This document shows, piece by piece, positions 11,487-19,145 of a stretch of DNA of 64,000 nt. Under the pieces are notes generated by a model. The model ran no database searches and was not told the DNA's origin. It saw only the letters and a program-made list of their open reading frames with translations. Within the stretch, counting starts at the first letter, position 1; the number at the start of each line of letters is the position of its first letter. This DNA comes from a virus (taxonomy: Duplodnaviria > Caudoviricetes). A program made the translations under genes and the position numbers. The stretch covers positions 1 to 64,000 of IMG/VR virus record IMGVR_UViG_3300032038_000040; one strand, given 5' to 3'.

Positions 11487-11694
11487 CTTTTTTTGTTTCT
11501 ATTTTATTATTTATCAAATCATCTACCAATGTATTACCCAATCTTACTTTTACCATAACAGCATAATTTGTCATATGCTTAATCTATTCATTCAAGAAAG
11601 AGTCATTTGTAGTCTTTGCATACTCTTGAGCCTTATATATCTTTTCAATCAGCTCTTTATATTCAGAAAACAATTTATTTTGTAGTTCAGTCAT
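11461..11694 (-). CDS. Small helical protein, 77 aa (1 TAG)
   Basis: Hand translation MTELQNKLFSEYKEL...; fills the gap between neighbours and overlaps both. Confidence 0.6.
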
Positions 11695-11956
11695 TTTTCT
11701 TTTTGAATTTTTTTAATTTTCTATGCTTACTTATTTTTTCTACTTTATCATAGGAACTATATAGCTTCCCTATAGAAGGAATATTAAAATTTGTTCTTAG
11801 TTCCTCAAATTCTTCTTTTGTTACTTTATCCATACTAGGTAACTTATTTAAAGTTTCTTTTATGAATTTCCAGTAGGATACCCATACTTTTTCTACTACA
11901 TTCTCATCTAAATTTAATTCTTCAGCTAATAGCTTAAGTGTTTGCTTTCTTATCAT
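11687..11956 (-). CDS. HU/IHF-like DNA-binding protein
   Basis: LAEELNLDENVVEKVW...NFNIPSIGKLY resembles the HU/IHF fold. Basic C-terminus. Confidence 0.6.
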   Translation of the reverse strand: MIRKQTLKLLAEELNLDENVVEKVWVSYWKFIKETLNKLPSMDKVTKEEFEELRTNFNIPSIGKLYSSYDKVEKISKHRKLKKFKKKND

Positions 11957-12326
11957 TTATTTGAAAATACAATAATAACTGAAATTCATTTTCTTCTTTT
12001 ATATCTGGAATGAATCTAGGATTTATTGAATTACCAATAAGTACATTCTTCTTTCTTAAATCCCCCATAGTAGTTAGAAGATGCTCATATTTTATATTGC
12101 ACTATTCTCTTATTTTTTCTCTGGATTTTTTACTAAATAATATCTCATTTATCATTGAATCATCACTTATACTTTTACTAAGTTCATGTCTAAGAGACAA
12201 CAGTGCAGCAGCTACTTCAGTCTATTTACGAGTTAAATGATGAAATGGATTTAAAAAACTTAGCCAGTAAACAAAGAATTCTGACAATGTAGTATTCAAT
12301 GCAACTACATTATTCGGTCTTTTCAT
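11934..12326 (-). CDS. Conserved hypothetical protein, 130 aa (2 TAG)
   Basis: MKRPNNVV...YWLSFLNPFHHLT...INPRFIP. Open only if TAG is a sense codon. Confidence 0.7.
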
Positions 12327-12570
12327 CTTCTTTAGGAATAGTAATCATATTTTCAATTTCCTGTGTGCAATTTTCTATGAATTCTTTAGAGAAGAAGGCT
12401 GAGTATTCAAGTACTTTGAATAGATAATCAAGCCTTTTGAATAAGTTAGTGGTATTCATTTGCTGCAATTGCATATACATTTGCTTATTCTGTTCAGAAA
12501 GCTGATGTGCAATGTTTTCCAATTGTTCATAAGACAATTTTTCGTTCTTTTTAGTTTCTACTTGTTCCAT
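12310..12570 (-). CDS. Coiled-coil hypothetical protein
   Basis: ATG at 12570 preferred over the upstream TTG. KLSYEQLENIAHQLSEQ. Confidence 0.7.
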   Translation of the reverse strand: MEQVETKKNEKLSYEQLENIAHQLSEQNKQMYMQLQQMNTTNLFKRLDYLFKVLEYSAFFSKEFIENCTQEIENMITIPKEDEKTE

Positions 12571-12748
12571 TTTTTTCTCCTTTAAATTTATTATTATATA
12601 ATTTTTTCCACTCTTCAATATTATTAGTTTCTATGTTGGTAGCTCCACATTTCATGCAATAGTCTGTACCATCAGGTAAAGACTATATAGCCAAAGACAA
12701 ACAATGTGTACAGTAATAAACAGGTATCTCATTATATATCTCTTTCAT
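12551..12748 (-). CDS. Small zinc-finger protein, 65 aa (1 TAG)
   Basis: PVYYCTHCLSL...DYCMKCGAT: two CxxC pairs separated by an in-frame TAG. Confidence 0.7.
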
Positions 12749-12749
12749 A

Positions 12750-12905
12750 TTAATTAAAATAAATCATCATTACTTGTCCTTCATGAAAGGCTATAGTAAC
12801 AATGTCTTCTTTCTTTATTTTCTTTTTGTTCTCACTATCTTGATTATATTCATTGACCATTTGTATTAAATGTCGAATATTTCTTGCTACCAATACTTGC
12901 ATCAT
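12750..12905 (-). CDS. Small hypothetical protein, 51 aa
   Basis: Hand translation MMQVLVARNIRHLIQ...YFN; abuts the next gene. Confidence 0.55.
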   Translation of the reverse strand: MMQVLVARNIRHLIQMVNEYNQDSENKKKIKKEDIVTIAFHEGQVMMIYFN

Positions 12906-12992
12906 AATAACATATTTTTAGTAAAATGGGGCAAAGCCCTCAACAAATCCCCAAAATTCTTGTGCCACCCTACACAAAGGCTTTATACGGCC

Positions 12993-13211
12993 TTAAGACC
13001 AAATATATATTAAGAGTATTTGCAGGAGTTGTCCTACAATTCCTCCCAATATTGTAGCCAGCCAATCTAACCAGTCCCACTTATTCTTATATTTCACATC
13101 TTTAAATTCCATTCCAGAAGCTACTCCTAATACACATAATAGTGTAAACAATAACCCTATTGGTATGGCATATAAAAAATGCTACATTCTGTTACTTTCC
13201 TTCAACCACAT
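12993..13211 (-). CDS. Small membrane protein, holin candidate, 72 aa (TAG at codon 10)
   Basis: Two hydrophobic segments (FLYAIPIGLLFTLLCVLGVA; WLATILGGIVGQLLQILLIYIW). Holin function is inferred. Confidence 0.6.
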
Positions 13212-13225
13212 AATTTTATATTTTG

Positions 13226-13299
13226 TGGACTTTATAGGACTTGAACCTATGACCTTTTGATTATGAGTCAACTGCTCTAACCAACTGAGCTAAAAGTCC
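13226..13299 (-). tRNA. tRNA with CAT anticodon (Ile2-like rather than Met)
   Basis: GGACTTTTAGCTCAGTTGGTTAGAGCA-GTTGA CTCATAA TCAAA-...GGTTCAAGTCC cloverleaf. Body resembles lysidine-modified tRNA-Ile2. Confidence 0.9.
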
Positions 13300-13304
13300 T
13301 TAAG

Positions 13305-13376
13305 TACTCCCACCAAGAATCGAACTTGGGTCTACAGTTTAGAAGACTGTAGCTCTATCCACTGAGCTATGGGAGC
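13305..13376 (-). tRNA. tRNA-Arg(UCU)
   Basis: Cloverleaf with anticodon arm ACAGT CTTCTAA ACTGT and T-loop TTCGATT. Confidence 0.9.
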
Positions 13377-13509
13377 AAATGGAGCGACACCAAACTCCAC
13401 AAAAGAAATAAAATAATTCAAATTACAAGTATGGTAAGCTATTCTCACGAACAACTGGTGTCTTTAGAAAAAAGTTTTTTGAAAGGTGTATATTAATCAT
13501 ATATAATGT

Positions 13510-13686
13510 TTAGTTAGAAACTAAAACATCTTTTTTATTGTGATCCATTGTAGATAACTTATTAAGTGCATCCTCAAAATCAAGGAACCACTACTTATTT
13601 GTTAAATCATCTGCTTCCACAGCATGAATAAAAGTATGCAAGGAAGTTAGAATTTCTGGTACTCGCTTTTTTAAGAACTCTTCCAT
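13510..13686 (-). CDS. Small hypothetical protein, 58 aa (1 TAG)
   Basis: MEEFLKKRVPE...; directly downstream of the sigma-A promoter. Confidence 0.55.
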
Positions 13687-13715
13687 TACTTTTTATTTTA
13701 AATAAATATTTGATG

Positions 13716-13747
13716 CAAAGATAACACTTTTATTACATACTTCCAAA
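13716..13747 (-). promoter_or_regulatory. Bacteroidota sigma-A promoter (late operon and tRNAs)
   Basis: TTTG-N20-TATCTTTG, a perfect -33/-7 consensus. Confidence 0.8.
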
Positions 13748-13775
13748 TAAATTTCTACTTTTTTTATGAAAAAAT

Positions 13776-13808
13776 AAAAAGCTACACTATCTTCTCAGAC
13801 AATGTAGC
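13776..13808 (-). terminator. Intrinsic terminator after the suppressor tRNA
   Basis: GCTACA-TT-GTCT GAGA AGAT-AG-TGTAGC followed by TTTTTATTTTTT. Confidence 0.7.
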
Positions 13809-13843
13809 CCAAAATATTATATTCAAACAACCGCCAACCATTG

Positions 13844-13915
13844 CAGCCCTACTAAGACTCGAACTTAGCTCTCAGGATTTAGAGTCCCATGTAATAACCG
13901 CTATACTATAGGGCA
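13844..13915 (-). tRNA. Amber suppressor tRNA (anticodon CUA), Gln-type body
   Basis: TGCCCTA..TAGTATAGCGGTTATTAC-A-TGGGA CTCTAAA TCCTG..CTAAG TTCGAGT CTTAG TAGGGCT G. Anticodon CTA at 13880-13882. U1 start, unpaired 1:72 and G73 resemble tRNA-Gln. Confidence 0.9.
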
Positions 13916-13919
13916 ATAT

Positions 13920-14222
13920 TTACTTATACTTCTTTAAACTCATTTTTGTATCTTTTGGTGGTTCAGAAGTTAAATCTTTTCTATAAGCTCTATCTTGTTC
14001 CACAACACTAGAATTTATTAACAATGGTTCAGTATTTAAATGTGATGTAAATTCTTGAGAAATCTCACCATCTAAAAGATATGGACTCTCTTCATCAATG
14101 CCTGTATTTTCTGAAAACTCATTATATGCATTTATAATCTAATCCAAATACCTATAACCTCTTTTTACTCCAGCTTTTATAACTGCTGCTCTTTCTCTTA
14201 ATGTTAAATCTGAATAAGCCAT
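13920..14222 (-). CDS. Hypothetical protein, 100 aa (1 TAG), ending 4 nt before the suppressor tRNA
   Basis: MAYSDLTLRERAAVIKAGVKRGYRYLD*IINAYNEF...; TAA at 13920. Confidence 0.65.
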
Positions 14223-14276
14223 ATTGATTATATTTATGGTTATTCTCTGTTATTATTCTTCTTCTTTAATTAAAGT

Positions 14277-14500
14277 ATACAAAGAGACCCTGACATTTCA
14301 CCATTTCTCATGTCACAGGTTGCAGAGTTTACTGCAATATTACCAGTTTATAGCCCCGTTTATATATTATTAGTTTTCACTCTTTTTATCTCTAGTCTCC
14401 TTTACCTGTGCCCTGTTTATAGAGAATTTTCTCTTCCAGTGCCCTAACTGTTTTCTGGAATTGGCAGGAGAAAACTATATCCTGATAATACTCTTTGCAT
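14277..14500 (-). ncRNA. Candidate structured RNA or leader with a four-way junction
   Basis: Helices 14491-14500/14277-14286 (10 bp) and 14482-14490/14338-14346 (9 bp), plus hairpins 14320-14337 and 14288-14319. G-U pairs work only on the minus strand. Confidence 0.6.
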
Positions 14501-14543
14501 CTATCAAAAGAATTTAACAGATACTTGCTATGTCTCTTGGGTG

Positions 14544-14575
14544 CAAATTTAGGAATAAAAAATAACATATGCAAA
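14544..14575 (-). promoter_or_regulatory. Bacteroidota sigma-A promoter
   Basis: TTTG-N20-TAAATTTG, perfect consensus. Confidence 0.8.
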
Positions 14576-14639
14576 TAAATGAAGAAAAAATTTAAATTTT
14601 TTATTTTAAAAATTTTTTGTGTTGCTATGAGGAGGATGT

Positions 14640-14668
14640 AAGATTAACACCACCTCCCCTATATCTTG
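14640..14668 (+). promoter_or_regulatory. Repeated early motif, copy 1 (putative vRNAP promoter)
   Basis: AAGATTAACACCACCTCCCCTATATCTTG. Followed by a 12-bp hairpin at 14666-14696. Confidence 0.65.
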
Positions 14669-14766
14669 GCAGTGGGGATGTACCCCCCATTGCTAATGGG
14701 TAAAAGATGCACAGCACTTTACCTATTCCTTGACAAACGATTTTCTAACCCTAAAACCCAAACATC

Positions 14767-15186
14767 ATGGCAACTTTCAAACTTATCAAAACCTACTCTT
14801 TCGTTGAATTCACCAACAAGATGAAGGCTATGCCTCGCCTTGCACTCAACTTAACTCAGAAGTCTACAGGCACCAACTTTGATGCCTTAGCATATGTCAA
14901 GACAGATGAGACCATCTTTGTCTCCTTTGCTAAGGATGTTGACAAGGATGGACAGCCTAAGCAGGGCTGGACACATATTGAGCGTAAGGTTGACTTCCTC
15001 ATTGCCAATGCAGACAAGCTCATCATCTGTGAGTCACAGAAGTTCAATGATGATGGCACTCCTGTAACCAAAGAGGTCACCCTTCCTGATGGCACAAAGA
15101 CCACTGTCTTCGTCTATGCTTACACACTTAGCTGGCAGAGTGCCAACAGCTGGCAGATTATCAACCTGCCTGGTTGCTCCTTCTAA
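14767..15186 (+). CDS. Early protein (paralogue of 17148-17477)
   Basis: 139 aa with higher GC and a distinct codon bias. C-terminal YxLxxQxxxSWxxIxLP shared with the paralogue. Confidence 0.8.
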   Translation: MATFKLIKTYSFVEFTNKMKAMPRLALNLTQKSTGTNFDALAYVKTDETIFVSFAKDVDKDGQPKQGWTHIERKVDFLIANADKLIICESQKFNDDGTPVTKEVTLPDGTKTTVFVYAYTLSWQSANSWQIINLPGCSF

Positions 15187-15200
15187 CCTCTGAACCCCAC

Positions 15201-15232
15201 AGGCAAGCTGACATTCGTTGGCTTGCCTTACT
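15201..15232 (+). terminator. Hairpin/terminator after the early gene
   Basis: AGGCAAGCTGAC-ATTC-GTTGGCTTGCCT. Confidence 0.55.
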
Positions 15233-15347
15233 TATATTAACTATTTTGGTCACATAAGACCAAATAGTATAATTTAATTAAGGGAGTCTTAAAGATATAC
15301 AAGACTTCCCTTATAATTTGAATATTAACATTTAAAATTAATAAATT

Positions 15348-15653
15348 ATGTGGTACAAATTATTATGGCAAGTTGCCAAACCAAAGTTAGTCTATTTCCT
15401 GATTGCATTTGCATTATTTCTGATGATTCAGATAACTTGCAATGCACAAACCTTCAAATATGATGGGCAGACCTATGAGTTGCCAAAATCCTCTGAAAAT
15501 AAAGACTCCAAGCCTGAAAAGGTAGGAGAAACTACTATTGATGGGAAGAAATATCCCATCTATAAGGGCAAGAGAGGTGGATTGTATATTATCCGCACAT
15601 CCAAGAATGGAAAAGAATATAAACAATATCTAAAGAAGAAGGGGTCCAAGTGA
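15348..15653 (+). CDS. Early secreted or membrane-anchored basic protein
   Basis: N-terminal hydrophobic signal ending CNA-Q. Basic C-terminal domain. Confidence 0.7.
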   Translation: MWYKLLWQVAKPKLVYFLIAFALFLMIQITCNAQTFKYDGQTYELPKSSENKDSKPEKVGETTIDGKKYPIYKGKRGGLYIIRTSKNGKEYKQYLKKKGSK

Positions 15654-15717
15654 CTCCTTCTTTATATTATTTAAAAGAGTAATGGGAATTTAATTCCCAT
15701 TATTCTTTTTATTCTCA

Positions 15718-15746
15718 AAGATGAACACAACTTCACCTATATCTTG
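15718..15746 (+). promoter_or_regulatory. Repeated early motif, copy 2
   Basis: AAGATGAACACAACTTCACCTATATCTTG. Confidence 0.65.
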
Positions 15747-15756
15747 ATGAACAATT

Positions 15757-15836
15757 GCTATCATAATTTAATATGGTAAAATACACAGTTGAAAGATTAC
15801 TGTGAGAAATAGGTTCGAGTCCTATTGATAGCACCA
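15757..15836 (+). tRNA. tRNA-like element with enlarged anticodon loop (non-canonical)
   Basis: Acceptor GCTATCA/TGATAGC-A-CCA, T arm ATAGG TTCGAGT CCTAT, anticodon stem CACAGT/ACTGTG with 9-nt loop TGAAAGATT. Confidence 0.7.
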
Positions 15837-15838
15837 AT

Positions 15839-15952
15839 AACAGTATGCTAATTATCAGTCATATGCCAACTCACAAGCCAATGTGGGGGTGGAAGCCTGT
15901 GCTCACGCAGGTAGGAGGTGCAGGGAAGACTGCCCAGTGAGAGCATACTGTT
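15839..15952 (+). ncRNA. Candidate small structured RNA
   Basis: Perfect 11-bp closing helix AACAGTATGCT/AGCATACTGTT enclosing GC-rich hairpins. Confidence 0.5.
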
Positions 15953-15987
15953 CTATTAGAATTTTAATTAACTTAAAATTAAAAAAT

Positions 15988-16173
15988 ATGAAACAATTAG
16001 AATACGATAGGCTATACAATAGAAATGTAGACCTATGGATGGCAAAAGAAGAAGTATGGGAAGCCATCAAGAATACAAAAGATACAAAAGAACTTGGAAG
16101 ACTTATCTCGCTGAGAACCAAGTTAGAAAGCGAGATAAAAAGAAATGAAGAACTAATGGAAAAATACATATAA
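15988..16173 (+). CDS. Small coiled-coil early protein
   Basis: ATG 15988 preceded by an A-rich leader. The track's upstream GTG start lies inside the structured RNA. Confidence 0.65.
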   Translation: MKQLEYDRLYNRNVDLWMAKEEVWEAIKNTKDTKELGRLISLRTKLESEIKRNEELMEKYI

Positions 16174-16199
16174 AATAGTATCTGGAAAATTTATAAATT

Positions 16200-16427
16200 A
16201 TGAGAAGGATTCACATAAACATAACAAGAGAGGAGTATCAAACACTCCTCTCTTATTCTCCAAAGGAAAGAATCATAGGTGTTGGAGATGACCTTTACAA
16301 GGTTACAATCCTAACCGAGAAATTCTTAAAGGCAATTCCATATGAACAATACAATGTCATTGGGAAATTTCGTGAAGAAAAAGACTCCCAATTCAAGGAG
16401 AATGTTGAATATTTAAATTCAAAATAA
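16200..16427 (+). CDS. Hypothetical early protein
   Basis: 75-aa ORF with an A/T-rich Bacteroidota-type leader. Confidence 0.65.
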   Translation: MRRIHINITREEYQTLLSYSPKERIIGVGDDLYKVTILTEKFLKAIPYEQYNVIGKFREEKDSQFKENVEYLNSK

Positions 16428-16428
16428 T

Positions 16429-16641
16429 ATGAAACTAAAGGAATATATTGATGAAGCTTTAACATTGCTTCATATTAAAGGAGAGTGGCAGAATTCTACC
16501 TATATATTGGAGAAAGATTTTCTTACTCCAAAACAAATAAGTAGATTGACTGAGTATATTGGGTCATTGGTTGAAACAGAAATCATGGTAATTGACAATA
16601 ATTTAGCTCTGTCATTTTATCCGGGATTGATTGAAGAGTAA
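16429..16641 (+). CDS. Hypothetical early protein
   Basis: 70-aa ORF abutting the previous gene, followed by the hairpin ATATTCCCCCAA-GTAA-TTGGGGGAATAT. Confidence 0.65.
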   Translation: MKLKEYIDEALTLLHIKGEWQNSTYILEKDFLTPKQISRLTEYIGSLVETEIMVIDNNLALSFYPGLIEE

Positions 16642-16696
16642 CTAAGACGTTTAACATATTCCCCCAAGTAATTGGGGGAATATTAAATTTATATAT

Positions 16697-17011
16697 ATGG
16701 AAAATAAAGATAAAGATATCACTTGGATGGTGGACTGCGTGATAATATTATTATTTACTTTCTGCCTATTTTGCTCATCTTGTGAAGATAGTTTTACTGA
16801 AACAACATCAGAAAATGAAATGCTATCATCTTCTCAGACAGATTCCCTGATTGCAGAAACGTGGGGAGTAGATTCTAAACAAGTAACTATGGTTAATGTA
16901 CTTTTAAATAATGCTCTCCAGTTCCTTCACTTGTTTTTTTATTTTAAACAAAAAGATAGACACAACTACCCCTATAATATGGAAACAGAAGTTCTGAAAC
17001 TGAGATTCTAA
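16697..17011 (+). CDS. Putative lipoprotein or membrane protein
   Basis: Hydrophobic stretch followed by CSSC, lipobox-like. Confidence 0.5.
   Translation: MENKDKDITWMVDCVIILLFTFCLFCSSCEDSFTETTSENEMLSSSQTDSLIAETWGVDSKQVTMVNVLLNNALQFLHLFFYFKQKDRHNYPYNMETEVLKLRF
16953..16981 (+). promoter_or_regulatory. Repeated early motif, copy 3
   Basis: AAGATAGACACAACTACCCCTATAATATG. Confidence 0.6.
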
Positions 17012-17029
17012 TTAATATTTTTAATCTCA

Positions 17030-17058
17030 AAGATGAACACGACTACCCCTATATTTTG
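17030..17058 (+). promoter_or_regulatory. Repeated early motif, copy 4
   Basis: AAGATGAACACGACTACCCCTATATTTTG. Confidence 0.65.
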
Positions 17059-17147
17059 AGCGGAGATAACATAGAAACCGTGGCAGTCTAGTTGTCTTTG
17101 CTCACAAATAGTCATTTTAAGTATAACGCCACAAAATCCTTTTTTGT

Positions 17148-17477
17148 ATGAATACAAAAGCACACAACGAGAACTACGAAATTGTTGATTCTATGAGCCT
17201 CCTAGCATTCGCTAGGTCGCATGGCAGAATGCAGCTAGGCAAGTTTTCTCAGGCAGATGAGCAGACTGGAGAAGTCAACGAATGGCAGTCATTGATTTTT
17301 ACCAATGACGCAGGAGAACGCACTTTCGTAAGCATCTCTGAAAAGCTTACTCCAATCACGAGTAAGTATGTCGTGGAGAATCACGCACAGTTGCAGGTTA
17401 TCAAGGGTAACTCGGGTAAGTACATGCTTTGTAAACAGGGAAATGACTCTTGGGAGTCTATCGACCTGCCGCTCTAA
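17148..17477 (+). CDS. Early protein (paralogue of 14767-15186)
   Basis: 109 aa. TFVSIS and YMLCKQGNDSWESIDLP align with the paralogue. Confidence 0.8.
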   Translation: MNTKAHNENYEIVDSMSLLAFARSHGRMQLGKFSQADEQTGEVNEWQSLIFTNDAGERTFVSISEKLTPITSKYVVENHAQLQVIKGNSGKYMLCKQGNDSWESIDLPL

Positions 17478-17547
17478 GTCAAATAGTCTCAACCTTCTCC
17501 TCACATTGGCACTTTTGTGTCTTTGTGGGGAGATAACTATTTTTGCT

Positions 17548-17751
17548 ATGACACCATTAGAAAAATTCATAAATTCAGACCCTTATTTAAAGGAGTCTAG
17601 AACAAAAAGAGCATATGCATTACTTGCATTTGCTTTCCCCGAAAGAACTATAATAAACTTGCTAAGTACAAATAATGTCAAACAAGTTATTTGTACTTGT
17701 AACCATTATAAAGTAAATCAAAAGCAGGTTAGAGAAATTCTTAACATTTAA
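17548..17751 (+). CDS. Small hypothetical protein
   Basis: ATG 17548 (MTPLEKF...) after the hairpin at 17496-17533. Confidence 0.55.
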   Translation: MTPLEKFINSDPYLKESRTKRAYALLAFAFPERTIINLLSTNNVKQVICTCNHYKVNQKQVREILNI

Positions 17752-17783
17752 TTTGCATATTAATAATATTTTGATTAACTTTG
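17752..17783 (+). promoter_or_regulatory. Bacteroidota sigma-A promoter
   Basis: TTTG-N20-TAACTTTG, perfect consensus, pointing into the non-coding kilobase. Confidence 0.8.
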
Positions 17784-17789
17784 CAATAG

Positions 17790-18742
17790 ATATAAAGCGG
17801 AATACCGTGGTTGGGAAGACTAAGGTTAATAAGGTTATTTGGTGTTTTTGTAGCTTATCTTGCTTGTGAAAGTAGGATAAGCATTTTGGTTGAAAGAAAT
17901 TACAATAATATATATTTAGGGCAGGCCTCCTGTCCATAATGGCAAGGAGCACATTAATTTGTGTTTCTTGCTATTAAAAGAATAAACCAGCAATGGTATA
18001 AAGTGAACCAGTTATTCAAAGTATTGGTTTGCCTCTTTGCATTTTATATGTAGAGGGTCATGAGAAGGCTATATTATATAAGTATATCTTGGATTAAGGT
18101 CGGGCAGACCCTAAAGAGATATACGTTGGCTCTAACCAAGTCAACTTGGCCAGTAATGGTGACAATATATAATATAATTTAACTCCTGAAGGTCGCCAAC
18201 CTGAAAGAGTTAATAATCATTTATTTGTATCCTATATTACAGCCAATGTAATACTTAGTGTGGCAGCTAAGGCAGAAATGGTAGGATAATATAAATAAAT
18301 AGAAGTGAGTAGCCTTGGCAGGCAAAAGCAGGATGGTGTTTATATCTAAACTACTCAAAAGGTAGCATGGTATAGAGGGCAATCACATCATCTATTTCGG
18401 TTCTTTGATTTAATTAATATTAGTATCAATTAATTTAAAGTAAAAAAGCAAAAGTATTGTCCACTCCAGCATGAAAATACAGTTGTTCTGTTGTAATACA
18501 CAGACTATGTGAGTACCGCAAGGAAAGCATAGAAATGAAATGAGTAATCAACTTGTAACAGGGGGCACCCTGTGTATCCGCAAGAGCAAGGGATGAAAGG
18601 AGTAATTTACATAATGTTGGAGTAGTAGTTGCAGGACTGATAAAACCTGTCTGTATGTCACCTACCTATAGAAATATGGGTGTGCTTAAAGTCTGAAAGG
18701 ATGGAAAATGGTGATGAAAAAGGTCAAAGCTCAGCCTTTTTA
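17790..18742 (+). ncRNA. Large ornate structured ncRNA (GOLLD/ROOL-class candidate)
   Basis: No plus-strand ORF over 60 aa across ~950 nt. Many GNRA-capped hairpins and nested long-range helices. Has its own promoter and a 3' hairpin with a U-run. Confidence 0.75.
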
Positions 18743-18815
18743 CTTCTTAAATTTGGGATTAATGGTTATTTAAATTTTTCCTTTGCCTCCTATCTTTTTT
18801 ATTTTAATTGTATTT

Positions 18816-19145
18816 ATGAATGATATTAAATTGACAGCTTCTTTTATTCTTCCAGGAAGAGTAATTGAGGGGTCTGATTCATACCAAAATGAATCACTTG
18901 AAGTGTATGATGTAGATAGCAAGAAAACTTCTATTATTAAGTATCGTACTAGAATTCCATTGCCTGCAGAACAAGTAATTAAAGTCTCAGAGCAGACTTT
19001 TAATCACTGGATGGAACATAGAACAACTGAACATACTTCCGTACAATGGAAAAAGATGCCAGAAAGACTTAAAGTGATTTCCCATCTAAAGGAAATACAA
19101 TGTGCTCTGGGAGCAACAACCTTTAAATTTCATATATTTGAATAA
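18816..19145 (+). CDS. Hypothetical protein
   Basis: ATG 18816; the stop overlaps the helicase start. Confidence 0.7.
   Translation: MNDIKLTASFILPGRVIEGSDSYQNESLEVYDVDSKKTSIIKYRTRIPLPAEQVIKVSEQTFNHWMEHRTTEHTSVQWKKMPERLKVISHLKEIQCALGATTFKFHIFE

Noticed and set aside
13810-13843. Theta/HDV-like ribozyme after the suppressor tRNA
   Set aside because: No nested double-pseudoknot pattern could be built. The trailer leads directly to a terminator.
14392-14574. 60-aa minus-strand ORF
   Set aside because: Its start lies within the -33 box of the promoter, upstream of the likely TSS, and it overlaps the structured RNA.
14640-17058. Repeated motif as a CRISPR array
   Set aside because: The copies are degenerate, irregularly spaced (77 to ~1200 nt) and separated by genes, and no cas genes are present.
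17662-17952. 96-aa minus-strand ORF over the ncRNA 5' end
   Set aside because: It is antisense to a promoter-driven structured region, has no recognisable motifs and opposes the local gene orientation.
17790-18742. Large RNA as a group I or II intron
   Set aside because: It does not interrupt a gene, has its own promoter, and I could not find GUGYG/domain V or P7 core signatures. A covariance search is still needed to exclude this formally.
18752-18785. Possible sigma-A promoter before the replication operon
   Set aside because: The -7 box reads TTCCTTTG (no TA) and the spacing is 22 nt.
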